Translations under genes and position numbers: made by a program | Part shown: positions 1-4,446 of the stretch, one piece after another | Position numbering within the stretch: the stretch's first letter is position 1 | Layout: the number at the start of each line of letters is the position of its first letter | Notes under the pieces: model-generated | What the model saw: only the letters and a program-made list of their open reading frames with translations | Told to the model about the DNA's origin: nothing | Database searches by the model: none | Assembly: GCA_964595325.1 (NCBI GenBank) | Contig: CAZQQE010000044.1 | Span: 1-9,787 of the forward strand | DNA: 9,787 nucleotides | Direction of reading: 5' to 3' | DNA from: an uncultured Thermoplasmatales archaeon | GTDB lineage: Archaea > Thermoplasmatota > E2 > UBA202 > DSCA01

Positions 1-16
1 TCCTCAAAAATATTGA

Positions 17-128
17 TTTCCCCATGAGGATCTTTCCAAAAGGGTTGGTTTTCTTTGCAACCATTTAAAAAAGGTCTGCATTCCAAAGTTTTCTTTCCCC
101 GAGGGCTTTCTTTTCCAAAAGAAAGGGT
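17..128. repeat. Imperfect direct repeats in the intergenic region at the window edge
   Basis: Unit 1 (17-46, tttccccatgaggatctttccaaaagggtt) and unit 2 (94-128, tttccccgagggctttcttttccaaaagaaagggt) share the ordered blocks TTTCCCC, GAGG, CTTT, CCAAAAG, GGGTT. The core TTCCAAA(A)G occurs three times (34-42, 81-88, 113-121). GTTTTCTTT occurs twice (48-56, 88-96). No ORF covers the region. Confidence 0.5.
106..125 (-). terminator. Perfect 9-bp inverted repeat (CTTTCTTTT cc AAAAGAAAG) 4 nt downstream of the MCM-like stop codon; candidate terminator hairpin or dimeric protein-binding site
   Basis: Bases 106-114 pair perfectly with 117-125. On the transcribed (minus) strand the hairpin contains a T4 run. 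A T6 run follows (plus-strand A6 at 67-72), which is the usual archaeal oligo-T termination signal. Confidence 0.35.
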
Positions 129-1457
129 TCACTGCCAGCTTTCTACCGAATCGTGCAGGATTTCCTCTGCATCGTCAAGTGTCTCATCGCCAACATCGCT
201 GAAAGATGCCCTTGCTATCGCCTGAGGGATGCGCCGCAGATAATCCCCCATCCTCAAATCCCTGCGTAACTTTGTCGTATAATGCTCCTCGACAAGGTCA
301 TTCACATTTGACAGATACTGCCTGACTTTTTTTGGCGAGGCGACAATATCAGGGCTATGACTCCTTGCCATCTCGACCCACTGGTTGTAAAATGATGGTT
401 TTTCTCTGATTTCTCCGCCCCCGTAAAATTTCTGCTCGAAAAGCTCCAGACGGCTTTTACGGTCTATTTTCTCCGTCTTCACTATGAGGGCAAACCTGCT
501 CATGAGAAGAGGCGGGAGAGAAATGCCTTTCAGGGGTTTGTCGTGAAATAGCTGTGATGAAGGATTTGCAAATGCTATCATTATGAATCTGCTCTCTATC
601 TCTTCATGTATTTTTGCCGAATGGACACTGCACCGCCCGTTCGAAAGAAGCTCGTAGCAGTGCTCTATATCTTCCTCCGGTATCTTGTCCAGCTCGTCAA
701 CAAGAACAATTTTTTCGTCAGAGTATGCAAGTGCCCCCATCTCCCCCGTGGCAAGATTTATGACCAGCCCCGCTCTCGTCGTGTTTGCCCCGACGGTCGT
801 AACGTTGCGGAAATTTCTTTCTATCGTTTCCTTCGCCAGAGTCTTGCTGCTTCCCGGCTCTCCGATAACAACGGTATGGACAGGCTCATCGAATGTCGAG
901 AACATGCTAACCGTTAGCGCCTTCTTCATGACCTCGTTCCCTTTGATTTCGTCGAAAACGTTTTTCCAGAATCCCTCGAATCCGCGCTCCCTCGCAAAAT
1001 CCATGACCTGCTCCTCGCCCAGCGGCATTTCTTCCGGGCTCGCCTTCCTCCCGTCCAGTATCTCCTTTTCAATCTCGGACGCTTCCACTATTTTACCGAA
1101 AAACCTCCCTTTTTTGTGCAGCTCCAGCATCCCCTCTCTTTTGGTCAGGGCGGCGGTGCCCGGGGGTACGGCGTAAACGCCGAGGACAGAAAGAACTGAT
1201 TTTGTAATTGCATTTGATATGTTCTTGACATAAACCCTGATGGTATTTTCCTCGACTTCTATGCCCTTTATGTTTTCATGAGCAATGATATTCCTTGCCC
1301 TTCTTATCAGTGCAACGCCTTTCCCCCTCCCCATCCCCAGCTTTTCATGTGTCAGGAGGGCGATTTGCTCGAGGCGGGTTATGCCCATCGACTCCAGTTT
1401 CCTTCTGTCGGACGGCGCAACCCCCAGCTTATCAAGGTCATCTTCCATACGATGCAT
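129..1457 (-). CDS. MCM-family AAA+ ATPase with N-terminal helix-hairpin-helix domain (mini-MCM; lacks the canonical MCM N-terminal OB/zinc-finger domain)
   Basis: 442-aa ORF. MCM-style motifs at MCM-like spacing: IKGNEVMKKAL, Walker A GEPGSSKT (nt 840-863), Walker B VLVDELDK, sensor-1 IAFANPS, arginine finger SRFALIV, and a C-terminal lid (RRIPQAIARASFSDVGDETLDDAEEIL). Residues about 8-56 (LDKLGVAPSDRRKLESMGITRLEQIALLTHEKLGMGRGKGVALIRRARNI) resemble the (HhH)2 N-terminal domain of RadA/Rad51. Alternative start at M4 (ATG 1446-1448), which sits about 25 nt from a TATA-like box. Confidence 0.75.
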   Translation of the reverse strand: MHRMEDDLDKLGVAPSDRRKLESMGITRLEQIALLTHEKLGMGRGKGVALIRRARNIIAHENIKGIEVEENTIRVYVKNISNAITKSVLSVLGVYAVPPGTAALTKREGMLELHKKGRFFGKIVEASEIEKEILDGRKASPEEMPLGEEQVMDFARERGFEGFWKNVFDEIKGNEVMKKALTVSMFSTFDEPVHTVVIGEPGSSKTLAKETIERNFRNVTTVGANTTRAGLVINLATGEMGALAYSDEKIVLVDELDKIPEEDIEHCYELLSNGRCSVHSAKIHEEIESRFIMIAFANPSSQLFHDKPLKGISLPPLLMSRFALIVKTEKIDRKSRLELFEQKFYGGGEIREKPSFYNQWVEMARSHSPDIVASPKKVRQYLSNVNDLVEEHYTTKLRRDLRMGDYLRRIPQAIARASFSDVGDETLDDAEEILHDSVESWQ

Positions 1458-1467
1458 ACCACATTTG

Positions 1468-1477
1468 TATAATTAAA
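1468..1477 (-). promoter_or_regulatory. TATA-like box (TTTAATTATA on minus strand) upstream of the MCM-like gene
   Basis: AT-rich box in the 26-nt gap between the 158-aa gene and the MCM-like gene. Its centre is about 25 nt upstream of the second in-frame ATG (1448) but only about 16 nt from the first ATG (1457). Confidence 0.4.
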
Positions 1478-1483
1478 GTTTCG

Positions 1484-1960
1484 TTACTCCCTTGCAATGA
1501 CGATAAAATTTGATTCGGCATATTTTTTGAATCCCGATTTTTCCGTAATGACTTTTAGAAATGCAGATTGTTTCCCCTGCTCCAGAGTTACATTCACATG
1601 GACGGTTGCCATGCCGTCGGAGTTCGTTTTTGCGGATGCCGTTTCATCTCCCCCCACAATCTTAACTGTTGCATTTGCCACCGCATTGCCGCTGGAATCT
1701 TCCACCTGCACGACAGCATCGAACGACGCCTGAGTTCCAGAAATTGTTACGAGATTGCCGTCCCTGCCTCCGCATTGTATGCATTCAACCTTAAAATTCT
1801 CTTTCGGTGTCATCACGACAAGAAGGGCAACGAGCACGGAAAAAATGATAATGGCAAGGATGACGAGCGCCGCAAGCCGGAGAGGCGACTTTTTGAGACC
1901 TGTAGCCCCTTCTTTCAATCTGTCCCAGTATTCGTTCACGGTAGAATAACGGTAATGCAT
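1484..1960 (-). CDS. Type II membrane-anchored protein with extracellular Ig-like / carboxypeptidase-regulatory-like beta-sandwich
   Basis: 158-aa ORF. Single TM helix (LRLAALVILAIIIFSVLVALLVVM) after a charged N-terminus. The following segment (VVQVEDSSGNAVANATVKIVGGDETASAKTNSDGMATVHV) is typical of CarboxypepD_reg-like folds. The ATG lies 25.5 nt from the centre of a TATA box. Confidence 0.6.
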   Translation of the reverse strand: MHYRYSTVNEYWDRLKEGATGLKKSPLRLAALVILAIIIFSVLVALLVVMTPKENFKVECIQCGGRDGNLVTISGTQASFDAVVQVEDSSGNAVANATVKIVGGDETASAKTNSDGMATVHVNVTLEQGKQSAFLKVITEKSGFKKYAESNFIVIARE

Positions 1961-1981
1961 TTAAAAGTTTGCGGAGGTAGG

Positions 1982-1989
1982 TTTATATT
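1982..1989. promoter_or_regulatory. Single TATA box (TTTATATT / AATATAAA) in the middle of a 49-bp divergent intergenic region
   Basis: Box centre 1985.5 is 25.5 nt from the minus-strand ATG (1960) and 24.5 nt from the plus-strand ATG (2010). Each flank is purine-rich (BRE-like) in its own reading direction: GGAGGTAGG on plus, CCGGAAACGA on minus. Confidence 0.6.
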
Positions 1990-2009
1990 TCGTTTCCGGA
2001 GTTACCGGC

Positions 2010-2585
2010 ATGGATGTCAAAGCTGTTGCATTTGACCTTGACGGCACGATAACAAAAACAAATGTTTCATTCACCCCTTTCAGAGAACGTATCGGATGCG
2101 GTGAAGGGAATGTGCTCGATTACATAGATAAAGCCGACGGGGAAGAAAGAGAAAGGTATTACAGAGTACTGGATGAATACGAGAAAAAAATGCAGGAGGA
2201 TTGCGAACTCAACCCGGGCTTTACGGAAACCATGCATTTTTTGGATAGCAACGGCATAAAAACAGGCATTGTGACCCGTTCCTCAAGAAACCATGCAGAA
2301 GTTGTCGTAAGAAAGCTCGGCATACCCATCAAATACATAATGGCAAGGGAGGATGCAGAGCCGAAACCTTCTGGAATGCCCCTTATCATGCTCTCAAAGA
2401 TGCTGGACGTGCCTACCGAAAAAATGCTTTTTATCGGCGACTTCCTATGGGACATGCTTGCCGGAAAAAATGCAGGCGTGAAGACCGTTTTGCTGTTGAA
2501 TGAGAAATCAAAAAAATTTGCCCATCTTGCGGATTACACCGTTGAAAGGCTGGATGAAATCATCGGGATAATCAAGGGCCATTAA
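2010..2585 (+). CDS. HAD superfamily (subfamily IA) phosphatase, phosphoglycolate-phosphatase-like
   Basis: 191-aa ORF with all HAD motifs: I = AFDLDGTIT, II = IVTRSS, III = EPKPSGMPL (Lys), IV = IGDFLWDMLAGKNAG. The cap region lies between motifs I and II. Confidence 0.85.
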   Translation: MDVKAVAFDLDGTITKTNVSFTPFRERIGCGEGNVLDYIDKADGEERERYYRVLDEYEKKMQEDCELNPGFTETMHFLDSNGIKTGIVTRSSRNHAEVVVRKLGIPIKYIMAREDAEPKPSGMPLIMLSKMLDVPTEKMLFIGDFLWDMLAGKNAGVKTVLLLNEKSKKFAHLADYTVERLDEIIGIIKGH

Positions 2586-2589
2586 CGAA

Positions 2590-2775
2590 TCACTTCATCA
2601 TTTTTCTGACAGAAGCAACCAGAATCTTCCAGTGTTGGATCAGATGAACGGCAATAAAAATCATAAAAATCGGCTGGATGATTTTAATGGCAGGCATGGC
2701 GATTATCTTGGAAGCAACCAGAAAAACAAAAACCACTATCAGCAGCAAGTCAACAAATAGTATGTATTTTCTCAT
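2590..2775 (-). CDS. Small hypothetical membrane protein (2 predicted TM helices)
   Basis: 61-aa ORF with an ATG start and two hydrophobic stretches (YILFVDLLLIVVFVFLVASKII; IIQPIFMIFIAVHLIQHW) flanked by basic residues. It fills an otherwise empty 217-bp gap, 27 nt downstream of the trmO stop and on the same strand. I recognise no homology. Confidence 0.45.
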   Translation of the reverse strand: MRKYILFVDLLLIVVFVFLVASKIIAMPAIKIIQPIFMIFIAVHLIQHWKILVASVRKMMK

Positions 2776-2802
2776 ATTAAATCAAGTCCGGATTGCAGGC
2801 TG

Positions 2803-3285
2803 CTATATAAATCTCCCGTCATCTTTTGCCTCCGGAAGTTTGTGGACATTTTTCTCGAGCCATCCTTTCTTTCTGACTTCGTAGATATCAAACTCGGGCA
2901 CATAGGGCTTTATATCGATAAGGGGCGTTCCGTCAACGATGTCCACGTTTTTGACATGAAGAATGTTTCCGTCAACTTTCAGAAGCTCGACAACAGATAT
3001 GCCCAGGGCGTTCGGGCGGGAAGGCGCCCTTGTTGCGAAAACGCCCCTCTCCTTGCTGTCCATGTATGGCTTGACCACCAGCCCGTGTTCCTTTGACAGA
3101 TGGAAGTAATATATCAAAAAAATGTTGGAAAACCGTTCAAGGTCTTTCAGTCCGTCTTCATATTCTTTGAATACTTCGACCCGCCCCTCGATGCCCCCCG
3201 CCGCCTTTGGCTGTATGGGAACGCCTTTGACTTTCTTGAACGGCGAGTGGATAATTCCGATGGGTTTGAATTTTATTTCGTCCAT
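2803..3285 (-). CDS. trmO: TsaA/YaeB (UPF0066) family tRNA m6t6A37 methyltransferase TrmO
   Basis: Family-typical sequence: KPIGIIHSPFK...GVPIQP....GRVEVF.EY..GL.DLE.FS.I.LIY.FH......VKP......RGVFATRAPSRPN.LGISVV.L......L.V...D..DGTPL.DIKPY.P.FD. Start chosen at ATG 3283-3285, which is preceded by a GGGTGA Shine-Dalgarno-like element 5 nt upstream. The longest ORF starts at GTG 3292-3294, 3 nt after the upstream stop. Confidence 0.85.
   Translation of the reverse strand: MDEIKFKPIGIIHSPFKKVKGVPIQPKAAGGIEGRVEVFKEYEDGLKDLERFSNIFLIYYFHLSKEHGLVVKPYMDSKERGVFATRAPSRPNALGISVVELLKVDGNILHVKNVDIVDGTPLIDIKPYVPEFDIYEVRKKGWLEKNVHKLPEAKDDGRFI
2804..2811 (-). promoter_or_regulatory. Candidate internal TATA box (TTTATATA on minus strand) overlapping the trmO stop codon
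   Basis: Consensus-like TTTATATA centred about 32 nt upstream of the ATG of the 61-aa ORF. This would give a very short leader of about 6 nt. Confidence 0.35.
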
Positions 3286-3297
3286 AATTTTCACCCG

Positions 3298-4260
3298 TTA
3301 TTCATGTACCTCTCCGTTCGTAACCACATTTTTCACAACGTTTTCCACTCTTTCCACGGCATTGGATATGATTTTCAACTTATTAAGCTGCCTGGCATCT
3401 TTCTCGTCCTTAATCGCCAGTTCGAGGTATCCCTTTGCAATGCACAACGGATTGAAGAAAAAATGGGAAGTATCCGCCTTGAATTTTCTCTCCTTCTCCA
3501 ATGCCCTTCTCATCTCGTTCTCCGCTTTCTTTAATTCAGTTATGTCCAGATTTACACTTATGCTTCCAGTATACTTGCCATTTACAATCATAGGAGTGGC
3601 CGAAATCAGAACGTCTTTCGGCGTACCATCTTTCGCATAGACCTTCAGCTCATACCTGCCCGATCGGTTTTTTCTTCTTGAATTGATTTGCCCGTTCAAA
3701 ATTTTCTTTCCCTCGTCATCGACAAAGTCCAGCAACTTTTTCCCTATCAGCTCTTCTTTATTTTCATAGCCCAGTATGCTTGCAAGTGCATCATTGACAA
3801 ACACCATTTTTTCGTTTTCGTCGTCTATGCAAATTCCCTCACGGGCAAGCTCCACGATGGCACTGTACTTACCGGCAATTTCCCTCAATGAGTTTTCGGT
3901 TTTCTTTAAATCCGTCACATCTCTCATTATGGTTATTACCTTCCGGGTTTTTCCATGGCTGTCTTTGATGGGTATTTTGGCGGTAAGAGTGTGTATCACC
4001 TCCCCGTAAAACTCTGTTTCCTCTTCCGTTTTCAATTGCCTGCCGGTAGAGAAAACTTCTTCGTATTGTTTATCAACCTCTTTCTCCTTCAAAAACGGAA
4101 AAACATCATACAAATCTTTGCCTATGGCATCATTCTTCTTAACTTTCCCTCTAGATAAATTGTCAATAGCTCTGTTGATAAACAAAATTTTCATGTTTTC
4201 ATCCACAACATGAATAATCTCATCCAGATTATCGAGTATCACCTCGGGCAATTCTGCCAT
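3298..4260 (-). CDS. Cytoplasmic PAS-PAS sensor protein with C-terminal HisKA-like (DHp) module and no HATPase domain
   Basis: Two PAS-like repeats (ILDNLDEIIHVVDENMKILFINRA...TIMRDVTDLKK and IVELAREGICIDDENEKMVFVNDA...SISVNLDITELKK). These are followed by a coiled linker and an H-box-like segment, DTSHFFFNPLCIAKGYLELA. Start set at ATG 4258-4260 (MAELPEV...), whose distance to a TTTTTATA box centre is 25.5 nt. The 44-codon upstream extension to 4392 contains that TATA box and does not look protein-like. Confidence 0.8.
   Translation of the reverse strand: MAELPEVILDNLDEIIHVVDENMKILFINRAIDNLSRGKVKKNDAIGKDLYDVFPFLKEKEVDKQYEEVFSTGRQLKTEEETEFYGEVIHTLTAKIPIKDSHGKTRKVITIMRDVTDLKKTENSLREIAGKYSAIVELAREGICIDDENEKMVFVNDALASILGYENKEELIGKKLLDFVDDEGKKILNGQINSRRKNRSGRYELKVYAKDGTPKDVLISATPMIVNGKYTGSISVNLDITELKKAENEMRRALEKERKFKADTSHFFFNPLCIAKGYLELAIKDEKDARQLNKLKIISNAVERVENVVKNVVTNGEVHE
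3301..3489 (-). other. Shared C-terminal DHp-like module, copy 1 (63 aa, ends ...NGEVHE-stop)
   Basis: RKFKADTSHFFFNPLCIAKGYLELAIKDEKDARQLNKLKIISNAVERVENVVKNVVTNGEVHE. By hand alignment, 36 of 62 positions are identical to copy 2. Confidence 0.75.
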
Positions 4261-4281
4261 TTGCTTTACAATAAAGTGTTG

Positions 4282-4289
4282 TATAAAAA
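4282..4289 (-). promoter_or_regulatory. TATA box (TTTTTATA on minus strand) for the PAS sensor gene
   Basis: Centre is 25.5 nt upstream of ATG 4260. This implies a leaderless or near-leaderless mRNA. Confidence 0.55.
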
Positions 4290-4417
4290 TCAATCGATTT
4301 TCACAGTAAGATAATCCAACATAATGAGTACCTTCAGTGCCTATCCGTTTCCCGAATGACTTTTTCGTGATGCACCTGAAACTCCCGCTCATCGGTTGCG
4401 CCCGCCATCATCGAAGA

Positions 4418-4425
4418 TTATAAAT
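4418..4425 (+). promoter_or_regulatory. TATA box (TTATAAAT) for eno
   Basis: Centre is 25.5 nt upstream of ATG 4447. This implies a leaderless mRNA and argues against the TTG start at 4396 in the ORF track. Confidence 0.55.
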
Positions 4426-4446
4426 TGCCGGTCATCTTTTTCACCC

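Noticed and set aside
606-1513. Plus-strand ORFs (103, 163, 64, 63, 72 aa) opposite the MCM-like gene
   Set aside because: These are antisense shadow ORFs. The translations are S/P/F-rich with no motifs, no TATA box at an appropriate distance and no ribosome-binding element. The opposite strand carries a complete AAA+ motif set.
1497-2035. Plus-strand ORFs of 78, 155 and 64 aa overlapping the 158-aa membrane-protein gene and the 1961-2009 promoter region
   Set aside because: They are antisense to a gene with a correctly spaced promoter. The 155-aa ORF runs through the intergenic TATA box and into the HAD gene out of frame. The composition is Cys/His/Arg-rich and not protein-like.
2842-4158. 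Plus-strand ORFs (84, 144, 172, 67, 77, 67 aa) opposite trmO and the PAS sensor gene
   Set aside because: All are antisense to well-supported genes. The 144- and 172-aa ORFs cross the trmO/PAS gene boundary, which a real gene would be unlikely to do. The sequences are F/L/S-rich, as expected for the reverse complement of K/E-rich coding DNA.
4360-4420. Possible C/D-box sRNA (GTGATGC and CTGA on plus; ATGATGG and GATGAG on minus) in the eno/PAS spacer
   Set aside because: The box-like strings are degenerate and wrongly spaced. C-like and D-like elements are only 3 nt apart on the plus strand, and there is no CUGA D box on the minus strand. No terminal stem can be formed.
4261-4446. Longer starts proposed by the ORF track (PAS protein from 4392; eno from TTG 4396)
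   Set aside because: Each extension would run through the gene's own consensus TATA box, and the two extensions almost abut each other. The extension peptides (MSGSFRCITKKSFGKRIG..., MRPPSSKIINCRSSFSP) are not conserved-looking. The internal ATGs at 4260 and 4447 sit exactly 25.5 nt from the TATA centres. Enolases normally begin close to the conserved ..I..V.AR.ILDSRGNPT block.
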